64,000 bases of DNA from Rhodoblastus sp. (GCA_036796555.1 DAIRCS010000002.1:10233-74232), one strand, 5' to 3'; shown: positions 1-10,354, numbered from the stretch's first letter. Notes: generated by a model not told the origin, from the sequence alone. Program-made: numbers and translations.

Positions 1-375
1 CCCTTCGCCTCCTTTCCTGACGCAAAGACGCTCGCCGCCTTCGTGCGCGGTTTCGCCTCCCCGGCGGTCGGCGTCTGCTATGACGCCGCCAACGCCCATT
101 TCATCGGCGAGGACCTCGCGGAAGGGGTCGCCGAACTCGCCGATCTCCTGAAGGTCGTTCACCTCTCGGACACGACGCGCGAGATCTGGCGGCATGATCC
201 CATCGGCCTCGGCGACGTTCCCGCGGAAGCCTTCGCGCGCGCGCTCGACAGGGCGGGCTTCAAGGGGCCGTGCACGCTGGAGATCATCGACGCGGATACG
301 GAAGGCGCGCTTGCGGCCTCCTGCCGCGCGCTCGCGCCGTTCGGGTTCGCGCAGCCCGCGAGGGCCGATACATGA
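1..375 (+). CDS. sugar phosphate isomerase/epimerase (xylose-isomerase-like TIM barrel) family protein, C-terminal part; 5' end outside window
   Basis: Frame 1 is open from base 1 and joins ORF 43..375. The peptide VCYDAANAHFIGEDL...VVHLSDT...GPCTLEI resembles the C-terminal half of this TIM-barrel family. Its TGA overlaps the next ATG (ATGA at 372-375). Confidence 0.55.
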   Translation, partial: PFASFPDAKTLAAFVRGFASPAVGVCYDAANAHFIGEDLAEGVAELADLLKVVHLSDTTREIWRHDPIGLGDVPAEAFARALDRAGFKGPCTLEIIDADTEGALAASCRALAPFGFAQPARADT

Positions 376-1298
376 GCGCCGTGCTTGTGACCGGCGCCGC
401 GGGCCTTCTCGGCCGTCATGTCGTCCGCGACCTTCTCGCCCGAGGCTGTGCGGTGCGCGGCCTCGACCGTCGCGCCGGCGAGGCGGCGATCGAATGGCAT
501 GTCGGCGATATCGCCGATCCCGCGCTCGTCGCCCGCGCGATGGCCGGCGTCGACGCCGTGATGCATATCGCCGCGATCCCCAATATCTGGTCCGGCGACG
601 GCCAGACGATCATGCGCGTCAATCTTCTGGGAACCTATACCGTCTTCGAAGCCGCCGAGGCGGCTGGCGTGAAGCGCGCGATTTTCTGTTCCAGCGATTC
701 CGTCGCAGGCTATACGGTGCGCGAAGGGCGAATGCTGCATCCGCGCTACGCCCCGCTCGACCTCGAACATCCGCTGCTTGCGACCGATCCCTACGCCGTC
801 AGCAAGGTCATGGGGGAAGATCTGGCGCGCGCCTACGCGCTGCGCGGCATGTCCGTCGCGGCGCTGCGCACGGTCTTCGTCGCCTATCCCGAAATGGCCG
901 GCGAAATTGTCGCGCGCGCGAAAAGTCCCGCGACCTACCGGGGCCCCATGGTCGGCGGGCCGTCCGCCGCCGGCGGCGGTCCGCTGCATCATCACATCGA
1001 TCCGCGCGATCTCGCGCGCGCGTTCCGGCTCGCCATGGAATTGCCGATGCGGCCGGGCGACTTCGAGCGCTTCTATCTGTCGGCGCAGACGACCCTGTCG
1101 CCCGAACCGACCTTGCAGCGTCTGCGCCGCCTGCACGGCGATGCGATCGAAATCCGCGACCCCGGCCTCTACGACAGAAACCCCTTCGCGCCGCTCTATG
1201 ATCTGACTCACGCCGCGGAGCGCCTCGGCTTCGTCGCGGAATACGATCAGCGGGGCCTGCTCGCCGGTCTGGCGGAATTTTCAGGAGAAACCAGATGA
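372..1298 (+). CDS. NAD-dependent epimerase/dehydratase family protein
   Basis: In-frame ATG at 372 gives MSAVLVTGAAGLLGRHVVRDLLARG (Rossmann GxxGxxG) and later YAVSK (YxxxK). The upstream part of ORF 270..1298 overlaps the previous gene and is Arg-rich. Confidence 0.8.
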   Translation: MSAVLVTGAAGLLGRHVVRDLLARGCAVRGLDRRAGEAAIEWHVGDIADPALVARAMAGVDAVMHIAAIPNIWSGDGQTIMRVNLLGTYTVFEAAEAAGVKRAIFCSSDSVAGYTVREGRMLHPRYAPLDLEHPLLATDPYAVSKVMGEDLARAYALRGMSVAALRTVFVAYPEMAGEIVARAKSPATYRGPMVGGPSAAGGGPLHHHIDPRDLARAFRLAMELPMRPGDFERFYLSAQTTLSPEPTLQRLRRLHGDAIEIRDPGLYDRNPFAPLYDLTHAAERLGFVAEYDQRGLLAGLAEFSGETR

Positions 1299-1711
1299 CC
1301 TTCGTTTCGCCCCCGGCCGACGCCTTCGCCGACGCCGCCAGCAAGAAATACGCCGCGACCCGCAACCTCGGCGAATTGATGTGGACCCAGTATCCCGGGC
1401 ATTTCAACCAGGCGCTGTCGAAAGCGCTCGTGACGCCCGCGACGGTCGGCAGCCGCTTCTTCGACTACCGGATTTCCTCCTACGAGCCCGGCGCCCACGT
1501 CGAAAGCCACGTGCACGCCGTGCAGGAGCAGATCTATCACGTGCTCTCGGGCGAAGGCCTGCTCATTGTCGACGGCGAGCGCCGCCTCGTGCGCGCAGGC
1601 GACGTGACCTACATTCCGCCGGGCGTCGTGCACGAGTTCCACTGCACCGGCAACGATACGCTGCTGTTCCTCGTCATCACCAGCCCGCCGACGGACGAGG
1701 AGCCGCGGTGA
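1295..1711 (+). CDS. cupin domain protein
   Basis: 138 aa with GAHVESHVHAVQEQIYHVLSGEG...GDVTYIPPGVVHEF (two cupin motifs). The ATGA overlap with the upstream gene suggests translational coupling. Confidence 0.75.
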   Translation: MTFVSPPADAFADAASKKYAATRNLGELMWTQYPGHFNQALSKALVTPATVGSRFFDYRISSYEPGAHVESHVHAVQEQIYHVLSGEGLLIVDGERRLVRAGDVTYIPPGVVHEFHCTGNDTLLFLVITSPPTDEEPR

Positions 1712-1719
1712 GCGGTCGA

Positions 1720-2676
1720 ATGTCCAGGAAGATTCTCGTCACGGGCGGCTGTGGCTGGCTCGGCGCGGCCATCGTGCGAGCTCTTCTCGCGCGCGGCGAC
1801 TCCGTGGTCGCGGCCGACCTCGCCGTATCGGCGCCTATGTCGGCGCTGGCGGCGCGTGAATCGCGCCTTGTCGTAGCGTCCGTCGATCTCGGCGAGTGGC
1901 GCCAGGTCGTGGATCTCTTCGGCGAGCATGCGCCGGACGCCGTGGTCCACACGGCCGCTATCGTCGGCGTCGCGCCCGCGGCGGACATTCCGCTGAAAGC
2001 GCTTCGCGTCAACGTGGAAGGCTCCGTCAATCTGTTTGAGGCGATGCGGCTGGCCGGCGTGAAGCGCGTCGTACACATCAGCACGGAGGAGACCTATGGC
2101 GATTTCCTGTCGCCGGTCATCGACGAGGAGCATCCGCAGAAGCCGACCAGCATCTACGGCCTGACGAAACTCGCGACCGAACACTACGGCCGCGTCTATA
2201 CGCGCGACCATGGGCTCGAATGCGTCAACGTCCGCACCTGCTGGGTCTACGGCCCACATCTGCCGCGGCTGCGCATGCCGCGCACCTTCGTGGAGGCGGC
2301 GCTGCGCGGCGAGCCGTTTCACCAGCCGGATGGCGGCGATTTCGCCGTCGACCAGGTCTATATCGACGATGTCGTGCAGGGCGTCATGCTCGCGCTCGAC
2401 AAGGAGCGTCATCGGTTCGACTCCTACAATATCGCGACCGGCGTCGCGCCGACCCTTCGCGACACGGCAGAGGCGGTCAACCGCGCGGTCGCCGGCGCGC
2501 GGATCACGGTCGGCGACAGCGGTCCCTACAGGCACGGCGGGCGGGTGCTCAGCGCCGTCAAGGGAGCGCTCGACATTTCGCGCGCACGGGAAGAACTCGG
2601 CTATGCGCCGCGCTTCGATCTTCAGAAGGGCATCGAGGCCACCGTCGCCGCGACGCGCGCCGGTCCACCGCTTTAA
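1720..2676 (+). CDS. NAD-dependent epimerase/dehydratase family protein
   Basis: ATG at 1720 gives MSRKILVTGGCGWLGAAIVRALLARGD; YGLTK (YxxxK) lies downstream. An alternative GTG at 1708 overlaps the cupin stop. Confidence 0.8.
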   Translation: MSRKILVTGGCGWLGAAIVRALLARGDSVVAADLAVSAPMSALAARESRLVVASVDLGEWRQVVDLFGEHAPDAVVHTAAIVGVAPAADIPLKALRVNVEGSVNLFEAMRLAGVKRVVHISTEETYGDFLSPVIDEEHPQKPTSIYGLTKLATEHYGRVYTRDHGLECVNVRTCWVYGPHLPRLRMPRTFVEAALRGEPFHQPDGGDFAVDQVYIDDVVQGVMLALDKERHRFDSYNIATGVAPTLRDTAEAVNRAVAGARITVGDSGPYRHGGRVLSAVKGALDISRAREELGYAPRFDLQKGIEATVAATRAGPPL

Positions 2677-2692
2677 TCGTCAGGAAAGTCTC

Positions 2693-3397
2693 ATGAGCAA
2701 ATCTTCCGTTCTCGTCTTCGGCGGCTCGCGCGGCATCGGCGCGGCCTGCGTCGACGCATTCGTCGCGGCCGGCTGGCAGGTCGGCTGCACTTTCGCGACG
2801 CGGAAGGCGCCGCGGGCCGATGTGCGCGGCTGGCAGGTCGACATTCGCGATGCGGCGGCCGTGGCGCGCGTGTTCGACGAGGCCGCGGCCGCCTTCGGCG
2901 GTCCTCCGCGCGCGGTCGTCGCCAACGCCGGGGTCAACGTGCCGGGCAGGCCGGTGGCGGATTTCAGCCCCGAGGATTTCCGGCTGCTGATGGATGTGAA
3001 CCTGTTCGGCGCCTACAACGTGCTCGCGGAGGCCGCGCGCCGGACGCCGGAGGGCGGCGCGATCGTCGCCATCACGACATCGCTCGTGCGTTACGTCGTG
3101 CCGGGCACGGGTCCCTATGCGGCCAGCAAGGCGGCGGTCGAGAGCCTCGTGCGCGCCATGTCGAAGGAACTCGCCGGCCGTCGCATCCGTGTCAACGGCG
3201 TGGCGCCCGGGCCGGTCGACACCGACCTTTTCAACGCCGGCAAGACGGAGGAAGCCAAGCAGCGCATGGCCGCCTTCAGCCCGCTCAACCGCATCGGCCG
3301 GCCGGAGGAAATTGCGCATGTCGTGCAATTCCTCGCGTCGGACGCTGCCTCCTGGGTGACCGGCCAGATCGTGCAGCCCAACGGCGGGATGATATGA
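2693..3397 (+). CDS. short-chain dehydrogenase/reductase (SDR), FabG-like
   Basis: ATG at 2693 gives MSKSSVLVFGGSRGIGAA (glycine-rich NAD(P) site), YAASKAA (YxxxK) and PGPVDTD. Confidence 0.85.
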   Translation: MSKSSVLVFGGSRGIGAACVDAFVAAGWQVGCTFATRKAPRADVRGWQVDIRDAAAVARVFDEAAAAFGGPPRAVVANAGVNVPGRPVADFSPEDFRLLMDVNLFGAYNVLAEAARRTPEGGAIVAITTSLVRYVVPGTGPYAASKAAVESLVRAMSKELAGRRIRVNGVAPGPVDTDLFNAGKTEEAKQRMAAFSPLNRIGRPEEIAHVVQFLASDAASWVTGQIVQPNGGMI

Positions 3398-5094
3398 ACG
3401 AAGAGGCGCGCGCGCCGCAGGAATCATATGACGCGGTCGTCGTCGGCGCCGGCGCCGGCGGCCTCGTCGCGGCCTGCGCGGCGGCGATGAACGGCTGCTC
3501 GGTGCTGCTGGTCGAGCAGGCGGATGTCGTCGGCGGCACGACCGCCATTTCCGGCGGCATGGTGTGGCTGCCGGGCAATCACAAAATGGCCGAGGCCGGC
3601 AGGCCCGACAGCCTCGCCGCCGCACGCGCCTATCTCGCCGCGACCGTGCCCGGAGCCGACCGCGCGCGGCTCGAGACCTTTCTCGCCCGCGGCGACGAGG
3701 CGTTGCGCGATCTGGAGGCGCATACGTCGCTGCGTCTGCAGCCGGTCCTGACCTATCCCGACTATTATCCCGATCTGCCGGGCGCGACGACGGGCGGACG
3801 CGTGCTCGAGCCGGTCCCCTTCGACGCCCGCGAACTCGGAAAATTCTTCGCGCTGGTGCGGCCGCCATTGCCCGAATTCATGCTGTTCGGCGGCATGATG
3901 ATCAGCCGCGCGGACATTCCGCATCTGCGTCGCGCGACAAGGTCGGCGCGTTCGGCGCGGCGCTCGGCGCGGCTCGTTCTGCAGTACGCCTGGCAGCGCC
4001 TCGGCGCGCCGCGCGGCGCGTCGCTTTATCTCGGCAACGCGCTTGTCGCGCGCCTGCTCAAGTCCGCGATCGATCTCGGGGTGCGGATCGAAACCGGCGC
4101 GACTGTCGACGCTCTGGGCAAGGACGAGCATGGCCGTATCGCGATCGTCGATATGCTCGGCAGGAGCGGGCGCCGTCGCGTCGCCGCGCGGCGCGGCGTC
4201 GTTTTGGCGACTGGCGGCCTCTCGCATGATCCCGACCTGCGCCGTCGCTTCACGCCGGATGCGGCGGGCGCCCTGACGGCGAGCGTTCAGCCGGGCGCCG
4301 CGCCGCGCGGAGCGCGCCTCGCCGTGGGCGCCGGCGCCGCGCTTTCCCCGCCGACGCAAGACGGCGCGTTCTGGGCGCCGGCGTCGACTTTCAAGCGCAA
4401 GGACGGTTCTGCCGCGCTCTTTCCGCATACGGTGACGGATCGCGCCAAGCCGGGCCTGATCGCGGTCGACGCCAACGGCAGGCGGTTCGTCAACGAGGCC
4501 GTGTCCTATCACGAGTTCGTGCGCGCGCAGTTGCGCAACGCCAACAGCGCGATTCCCGCCTGGCTGGTCTGCGACAGGAACTTCCTGTGGAAGTATGGCC
4601 TCGGCAAGGTGAAGCCCTTCTCGCCCTCGCATGAAGGCGACGTCTCGTCCGGCTATCTCAAGCGCGCGGCCACGATCGCCGATCTTGCGCGCGCCATCGG
4701 CGCGCCAGCCGCGGCGCTCGTCGAGACGGTCGCCGAGTTCAATCGCCACGCAGGCCGGGGCGAGGATCCCGCGTTCGGTCGCGGCGGCGACGTGTATCAG
4801 CGCTCGCTCGGCGACGCCGATCACGGCCCCAATCCCTGCGTCGCGCCGATCGTGCAGGCGCCCTTCTTCGCCGTCGCCGTCGCGCCGGCCGATCTCGGCA
4901 TGTCGGCCGGCGTCAGGACGGACGCCGAGGCGCGCGCGCTCACGCCGGAGGGGACGCCCATTCCGGGACTCTACGCGTGCGGAAACGACATGGCTTCGAT
5001 CATGGAAGGCGCGTATCCCGGCCCGGGCGTCACGCTCGGGCCGGCATTGGTGTTCGGCTGGATTGCAGGACGCCATCTGGCGGCGGCGACATGA
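3394..5094 (+). CDS. FAD-dependent oxidoreductase (KstD/fumarate-reductase flavoprotein-like)
   Basis: N-terminal YDAVVVGAGAGGLVAACAAA...VLLVEQ...GGTTAISGG dinucleotide fold and C-terminal GLYACGND...GPALVFG. ATGA overlap with the SDR stop. Confidence 0.8.
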   Translation: MNEEARAPQESYDAVVVGAGAGGLVAACAAAMNGCSVLLVEQADVVGGTTAISGGMVWLPGNHKMAEAGRPDSLAAARAYLAATVPGADRARLETFLARGDEALRDLEAHTSLRLQPVLTYPDYYPDLPGATTGGRVLEPVPFDARELGKFFALVRPPLPEFMLFGGMMISRADIPHLRRATRSARSARRSARLVLQYAWQRLGAPRGASLYLGNALVARLLKSAIDLGVRIETGATVDALGKDEHGRIAIVDMLGRSGRRRVAARRGVVLATGGLSHDPDLRRRFTPDAAGALTASVQPGAAPRGARLAVGAGAALSPPTQDGAFWAPASTFKRKDGSAALFPHTVTDRAKPGLIAVDANGRRFVNEAVSYHEFVRAQLRNANSAIPAWLVCDRNFLWKYGLGKVKPFSPSHEGDVSSGYLKRAATIADLARAIGAPAAALVETVAEFNRHAGRGEDPAFGRGGDVYQRSLGDADHGPNPCVAPIVQAPFFAVAVAPADLGMSAGVRTDAEARALTPEGTPIPGLYACGNDMASIMEGAYPGPGVTLGPALVFGWIAGRHLAAAT

Positions 5095-5107
5095 AGGGAA
5101 CGATTGC

Positions 5108-6553
5108 ATGAGCGCCTCGCCGCAACTCGACGTGCTCGTCATCGGCGGCGGCAATGCGGCCCTCTGCGCCGCCCTGATGGCGCGCGAAGCCGGCGCGTCC
5201 GTATTGATGCTGGAATCGGCGCCGCGCGAATGGCGCGGCGGCAATTCGATGCACGTCCGCAATCTGCGCTGCATGCACGACGCGCCCCAGGACGTGCTCG
5301 TTGAGGCTTATCCGGAAGAAGAGTTCTGGCAGGATCTCCTGAAGGTGACCAGCGGGCTGACGGACGAAAGGCTCGCCCGGCTCGCCATCCGCCATTCCTC
5401 CCGCTGCAGGCCGTGGATGATCAGGCACGGCGTGCGGTTCCAGCCTCCGCTGTCCGGGGCGCTGCATGTTGCGCGCACCAACGCCTTCTTCATGGGCGGC
5501 GGCAAGGCGCTGTTGAACGCCTACTACCGCAGCACGCAGAACCTCGGCGCGCGCGTGCGCTACGATACGCCCGTCGAGGCTCTCGAACTCGACGATGGCC
5601 GGTTTGTCGCCGCGATCACGCAGGCGGGCGAGCGGATCGAAGCGAAAACCTGCGTGCTTGCGTGCGGCGGATTCGAATCCAATCTCGAATGGCAGCGCGA
5701 GGCCTGGGGGCAGAACGAGCGCGGCGAGTGGACGGCCGAGAATTTCCTGATCCGCGGCACGCGGTTCAACCAGGGCGTGCTGCTCAAATTCATGATCGAC
5801 GCGGGCGCTGACTCCGTCGGCGATCCCACGCAGGCGCATTGCGTGGCGATCGATGCGCGCGCGCCGCTTTATGACGGCGGAATCTGCACGCGCATCGACT
5901 GCGTCTCGCTCGGCGTCGTCGTCAATCGCGAAGCGCAGCGGTTCTACGACGAGGGCGAGGATTTCTGGCCGAAACGCTATGCGATCTGGGGCCGTCTGGT
6001 CGCGCAGCAGCCGGGCCAGACCGCGTGGTCGATCATCGACCGCAAGGCGGTTGGACGATTTATGCCGCCGGTGTTCGACGGGACATATGCGGAAACGCTC
6101 GAAGATCTCGCGGCGAAGATCGGCGTCGACGCCGCGGCCTTCGTCGAGACGATCAGGACCTACAACGCCGCATGCCGGCCGGGCGTGTTCGACCATACCG
6201 CATTGGACGATTGCCGGACCGAGGGGCTCGCGCCCGCCAAGTCCCATTGGGCGCTGCCGATCGACGCCCCGCCGTTCGTCGCCTATCCGCTCAGGCCCGG
6301 CATCACCTTCACCTATCTCGGTATGAAGACGGACGCGACTGCGGCCGTGCGGTTCGACGATCGGCCGAGCCCCAATCTGTTCGCGGCCGGCGAGATGATG
6401 GCCGGCAACGTGCTCGGCAAGGGGTATACGGCGGGCGTCGGCATGAGCATCGGAACGGCGTTCGGTCGGATCGCCGGCGTCGGAGCCGCGGCGGCCGCGG
6501 GCTTCAGCCATCCGACCTTCGACAGGGAATTCGCCTATGCCGCCGCTCGCTGA
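5108..6553 (+). CDS. tcuA: tricarballylate dehydrogenase flavoprotein TcuA
   Basis: ATG at 5108 gives [64 protein letters not shown], which I recognise as the TcuA N-terminus. It is followed by tcuB. RBS-like GAAGGGAA lies 8 nt upstream. Confidence 0.85.
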   Translation: MSASPQLDVLVIGGGNAALCAALMAREAGASVLMLESAPREWRGGNSMHVRNLRCMHDAPQDVLVEAYPEEEFWQDLLKVTSGLTDERLARLAIRHSSRCRPWMIRHGVRFQPPLSGALHVARTNAFFMGGGKALLNAYYRSTQNLGARVRYDTPVEALELDDGRFVAAITQAGERIEAKTCVLACGGFESNLEWQREAWGQNERGEWTAENFLIRGTRFNQGVLLKFMIDAGADSVGDPTQAHCVAIDARAPLYDGGICTRIDCVSLGVVVNREAQRFYDEGEDFWPKRYAIWGRLVAQQPGQTAWSIIDRKAVGRFMPPVFDGTYAETLEDLAAKIGVDAAAFVETIRTYNAACRPGVFDHTALDDCRTEGLAPAKSHWALPIDAPPFVAYPLRPGITFTYLGMKTDATAAVRFDDRPSPNLFAAGEMMAGNVLGKGYTAGVGMSIGTAFGRIAGVGAAAAAGFSHPTFDREFAYAAAR

Positions 6554-7697
6554 GTCCACCGCGGCGAGCACGCCCGCCGAGCGCGAGATCGCGCGCGTCA
6601 TGCAGATTTGCAACGCCTGCCGGTATTGCGAGGGCTTCTGCGCGGTCTTTCCCGCGATGACGCGGCGGCTGGAGTTCGGCAAGGCGGATGTGCACTACCT
6701 CGCCAATCTCTGCCACAATTGCGGCGCGTGCCTGCACGCCTGCCAATATGCGCCGCCGCACGAATTCATGGTCAACGTGCCGCAGGCGATGGCGAAGGCG
6801 CGCGTGGAGACCTATCGCGAATTCGCCTGGCCGCGCATGTTCGGCCGGCTGTATGCGCATGCGGGGCTGACGGTCGGGCTCTCGCTGGCGGCGGGTTGCG
6901 CGCTGTTTCTGCTGCTGGCCGCATGGCTCTCCGGCGGACTCGTCCGGGCGGTTCCGGGCGGCGATTTCTACGCTGTCTTTCCGCACAATCTCCTCGTGCT
7001 CCTGTTCGGGGCGGCGTTTCTTTTCGCTCTTGTGGCGCTCGGCGTCGGCGCGCTGCGCTTTTGGCGGGACGTGTCTCCGGCCAATGATCCCCGCGACGCG
7101 CCGCTGATCGCAAAGGCGCGCGCGCCGGCGGCGCTCGAGGCGGCCGGCGATGTCGCGACGCTGAAATATCTCGGCGGCGGACACGGGCAGGGATGCAACG
7201 AGGAAGATGATCGCTTCACGCTTGCGCGACGGCGTTTTCATCATCTCACCTTCTACGGCTTTCTGCTCTGTTTCGCCTCGACCAGCGTCGCGACGATCTA
7301 TCACTATTTTCTGGGCCTGCATGCGCCCTATGGCTGGACCAGCGCGCCGGTGGCGCTCGGCGCGCTCGGCGGAGCGGGGCTGATCGTGGGGCCGGCGGGG
7401 CTGATGTGGCTGAATTTCAGGCGCGACCCGCTGCATGGCGACGGCGGGCAACGCACATTGGATCGGGGTTTCATCGGTCTCCTGTTTCTTGTCAGCGCGA
7501 CCGGTTTCGCCGTTCTCCTGCTGCGGGAGACGGCCGCGCTTCCCGTCGCGCTCGCGCTTCATCTCGGCGCGGTGATCGCCTTCTTCGTGACGGCGCCCTA
7601 CAGCAAGTTCGCGCATGCGGCGTTCCGTTGCGCGGCGCTATTGAAATTCACGATTGAGAAGCGTTTGCCGAACAGGCTTTCGCTCGGCTCCGACTAG
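6537..7697 (+). CDS. tcuB: tricarballylate utilization protein TcuB (4Fe-4S / membrane electron-transfer subunit)
   Basis: Contains [11 protein letters not shown] and [11 protein letters not shown] cysteine clusters followed by several hydrophobic helices. Overlaps the tcuA 3' end by 17 nt. Confidence 0.85.
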   Translation: MPPLAESTAASTPAEREIARVMQICNACRYCEGFCAVFPAMTRRLEFGKADVHYLANLCHNCGACLHACQYAPPHEFMVNVPQAMAKARVETYREFAWPRMFGRLYAHAGLTVGLSLAAGCALFLLLAAWLSGGLVRAVPGGDFYAVFPHNLLVLLFGAAFLFALVALGVGALRFWRDVSPANDPRDAPLIAKARAPAALEAAGDVATLKYLGGGHGQGCNEEDDRFTLARRRFHHLTFYGFLLCFASTSVATIYHYFLGLHAPYGWTSAPVALGALGGAGLIVGPAGLMWLNFRRDPLHGDGGQRTLDRGFIGLLFLVSATGFAVLLLRETAALPVALALHLGAVIAFFVTAPYSKFAHAAFRCAALLKFTIEKRLPNRLSLGSD

Positions 7698-8599
7698 AGC
7701 GTCGGCGTCAGGCGGCGTATCACGCTCCTGACGATCGGGACGAAGGCCGAGACGGCGGGTGAGATCGAGCGGCCGCTGGCGTGGATCATCTCGATGTCGC
7801 GTCCGATTTCCGGATCGCCGAGAGGCCGCGCCACGACCTCGCGAAATTTGGCCTCCGAATAGGCGTAGGTCGGCAACACCGCGACGCCGAGCCCGGCTTT
7901 GACGAGTGAAAGCGCCGTGACGATCTGATGGACCTCGTAGGCGGGCGTCAGGGCGATCTGCGCGGTTTCGAATCCGATCTCCACGAGGCGGCGGATCGCG
8001 CTCGTCGGCGACAGGGTGACGAGCGGTCGCCGGTGAAGATCGCTCCACCGCACGGACGCCGCCTCCGCGAAAGGACTGTCGGCGCGACAGAAAAGGAGCA
8101 GGCGGTCGCGCATGAGCGCAATCTGCTGAATGCCGCTCTCGCCCGCGGGGAATGTGCCGATCCCGCAATCCGCGCCGCCCGAACGGACCGTATCGACGAT
8201 GCTTGTGGTCGGCGCATCGACCACGACGATCTGAACGTCAGGGTATTGCGACGAGAATTCGACGATCGCCTGAGGCAGGACTGCGGCCGCGAGCAGCGGC
8301 GGCGCCGCGACCACCACGCGCCCCCGCTTGCGCCCGGCGAGATCGCGGGCGTTGCGCACCGCGAATTCGAGATCGCTGACGATCTTGACCGCCGCATCGC
8401 GAAACTCGCGGCCGGCCGTCGTGAGTTCGACGCGTCGCGTCGTGCGGTCGAACAGGCGCAGGCCGAGAGAGGATTCGAGCTCCCGGACCGCCTGCGAAAG
8501 AGCCGGCTGGGCGACCTTGAGCTGTTCGGCGGCGCGCGTGAAGCTTCCGGCGTCGGCGACCGCCAGGAAGGCCGTGACCTGCCGTAGACTGACGCTCAT
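7694..8599 (-). CDS. LysR-family transcriptional regulator
   Basis: N-terminal HTH: [66 protein letters not shown]. 301 aa, typical length. Divergent from the 8748.. operon. Confidence 0.9.
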   Translation of the reverse strand: MSVSLRQVTAFLAVADAGSFTRAAEQLKVAQPALSQAVRELESSLGLRLFDRTTRRVELTTAGREFRDAAVKIVSDLEFAVRNARDLAGRKRGRVVVAAPPLLAAAVLPQAIVEFSSQYPDVQIVVVDAPTTSIVDTVRSGGADCGIGTFPAGESGIQQIALMRDRLLLFCRADSPFAEAASVRWSDLHRRPLVTLSPTSAIRRLVEIGFETAQIALTPAYEVHQIVTALSLVKAGLGVAVLPTYAYSEAKFREVVARPLGDPEIGRDIEMIHASGRSISPAVSAFVPIVRSVIRRLTPTL

Positions 8600-8652
8600 C
8601 TTCTCCCTCGCCGCCAGGCTCGTAAGATAAGTCTATAGAGTGGGAAATTTGA

Positions 8653-8667
8653 TAACATAATTTTATA
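8653..8667. promoter_or_regulatory. candidate LysR box (ATAA-N7-TTAT, a T-N11-A type dyad) in an AT-rich divergent promoter region
   Basis: ATAACATAATTTTAT lies in the only AT-rich stretch (about 8620-8680) between the LysR gene and the DHDPS-like gene. Confidence 0.3.
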
Positions 8668-8747
8668 AATTAATAATGCGCCGCCGCCTTTTTCCCCGCG
8701 CCGCCGCCGGGCACATTTTGGGACGTCAGGGATCGGGGAGGCAGCGC

Positions 8748-9701
8748 GTGAACTACGGCAAGGCGGACGCCAAGGCCCATGCCCGCAGGACCATGAAGGG
8801 TATCTGGGCGGCGGCGCTGACGCCGTTCGCCGCGAACGGCGCGATCGACGCGGACGGCTTCCAGTCCAACATCCGACACTGGCTCGACGATCTGGGGATC
8901 GATGGCCTGTTCATCGCCGGCAAGCAGGGCGAGTTCTTCTCCATGTCGGTCGAGGAGCGCAAGCGCGTCTTCGACCTGGCGGTAGAGGCGTCGAAGGGGC
9001 GGGGGCAGACGATCATGTCCTGCTCCGACCAGAACATGGATGTCGTGATCGACCTCGCGCGCCACGCCGAGAAATGCGGCGCCGACTACATCGTCGTTCA
9101 CGCGCCGGTGCTGCATTTCTTCAAGGCGCAGGACGAGACGCTGCTGAATTACTACAAGACCGTCTGCGGCGCCGTGGATATCGGCGTCGCGCTGTGGAGC
9201 CATCCCGATTCCGGCTATCTGATGAGCCCCGAGCTCTGCAATCGGCTGGCCGACATCGAGAACGTCGTCGCGATCAAATATTCGACGCCGCGGCCGATGT
9301 ACGCCGAGCTCACGCGGCTCGCCTCGGATCGCATTCTCGTTTCGACCGCCTCGGAAGAGGAGTGGCTCGACAACATTCTCGAACTCGGCTGGCGGCTCTA
9401 TCTCTGCTCGTCGCCGCCCTATCTGATGCAGAGCGCGACTGACCGGCGGATGCGCGAATACACCGACCTCGCCTTCGCCGGCAGGGCGGAGGAGGCACGG
9501 CGCGTGCGGGATTCGCTGGATCCGGTGCGCCATGCGCTGAAGTCGACGCGCCCGCCGGAAAAGCCGCATGCGCATCAAAAATACTGGCAGGAGCTGCTCG
9601 GGCAGGTCGGCGGCGGCGTGCGCGCGCCGCTGCTGGAACTGACCGAAGCCGAGAAGGCCGCCACCCGGGCCGCGTTCGAGGCCTGCGGGTTGAAAGTCTA
9701 G
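8748..9701 (+). CDS. dihydrodipicolinate synthase / N-acetylneuraminate lyase family (class I aldolase-type lyase or dehydratase)
   Basis: MKGIWAAALTPFAANGAIDADGF...DGLFIAGKQGEFFSMSVEERKRVF...VVAIKYS fits the DHDPS-family layout, including the Schiff-base Lys context (IKYS). GTG at 8748 is preceded by GGGGAGG; ATG at 8793 is the alternative start. Confidence 0.8.
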   Translation: MNYGKADAKAHARRTMKGIWAAALTPFAANGAIDADGFQSNIRHWLDDLGIDGLFIAGKQGEFFSMSVEERKRVFDLAVEASKGRGQTIMSCSDQNMDVVIDLARHAEKCGADYIVVHAPVLHFFKAQDETLLNYYKTVCGAVDIGVALWSHPDSGYLMSPELCNRLADIENVVAIKYSTPRPMYAELTRLASDRILVSTASEEEWLDNILELGWRLYLCSSPPYLMQSATDRRMREYTDLAFAGRAEEARRVRDSLDPVRHALKSTRPPEKPHAHQKYWQELLGQVGGGVRAPLLELTEAEKAATRAAFEACGLKV

Positions 9702-9726
9702 TTTCGGGCAAAAGGGAGATCGGGCG

Positions 9727-10296
9727 ATGAGCGAGACGTCGACAGGGCTGACATACGGGCGCCTGCGCGCCTTCAACTTCCAGAAGTGGATCGCGGAGAA
9801 CCAGCACCTGCTGAAGCCGCCGGTCGGCAACAAGATGGTCTGGAAGGATTCCGAGCTGATGGTCACGGTCGTCGGCGGCCCCAACGAGCGCGCCGATTTT
9901 CACGACGATCCCGTGGAGGAATTCTTCTACCAGCTCAAGGGCGACATGGTTCTCAAGGTGATCGACAACGGCGAGCACTATGACGTGCCGATCCGCGAGG
10001 GCGACGTGTTCCTTCTGCCCGCGCACGTCCGCCATTCGCCGCAGCGGCCGCAGGAAGGGTCGGTCGGCCTGGTCATCGAGCCGGCGCGGCCGGAAGGCGC
10101 GCTCGACGCGATCGAATTCTACTGCTTCGAATGCAAGGGGCTCGTTTACCGCGCCGAACTCGATCTGGAATCGATCGTCGACGATCTGCCGCCTGTCTAC
10201 AAGGCGTTCTACGAGAACGAGGAAGCGCGCAAATGCCCGCATTGCGGCGCGATCCATCCCGGCAAGAAGCCGCCGAAGGGCTGGGTCCGCCTCTGA
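9727..10296 (+). CDS. 3-hydroxyanthranilate 3,4-dioxygenase
   Basis: 189-aa cupin with FHDDPVEEFFYQLKGDM...LLPAHVRHSPQR (His/Glu/His iron site) and C-terminal CFEC...CPHC, the rubredoxin-like site known in bacterial HAO. Confidence 0.85.
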   Translation: MSETSTGLTYGRLRAFNFQKWIAENQHLLKPPVGNKMVWKDSELMVTVVGGPNERADFHDDPVEEFFYQLKGDMVLKVIDNGEHYDVPIREGDVFLLPAHVRHSPQRPQEGSVGLVIEPARPEGALDAIEFYCFECKGLVYRAELDLESIVDDLPPVYKAFYENEEARKCPHCGAIHPGKKPPKGWVRL

Positions 10297-10354
10297 CAGT
10301 TTTCGCGGCGCGACGTTTTCGCGCCGCGTTTCTCGCCGCAACTCCAGGACGGCC

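Noticed and set aside
159-1407. ORFs 159..1211(-), 194..1201(+), 808..1407(-) overlapping the first epimerase gene
   Set aside because: They are alternative frames or the antisense strand of a gene with a clear Rossmann motif. Their composition is dominated by Arg, Ala and Pro.
3424-6682. Very long minus-strand ORFs 3424..5274 (616 aa) and 5030..6682 (550 aa)
   Set aside because: They are antisense to the strongly recognisable flavoprotein and tcuA genes. Their translations are Arg/Ala/Gly/Pro-rich with no motifs. This is a typical stop-codon-poor artefact of high-GC DNA.
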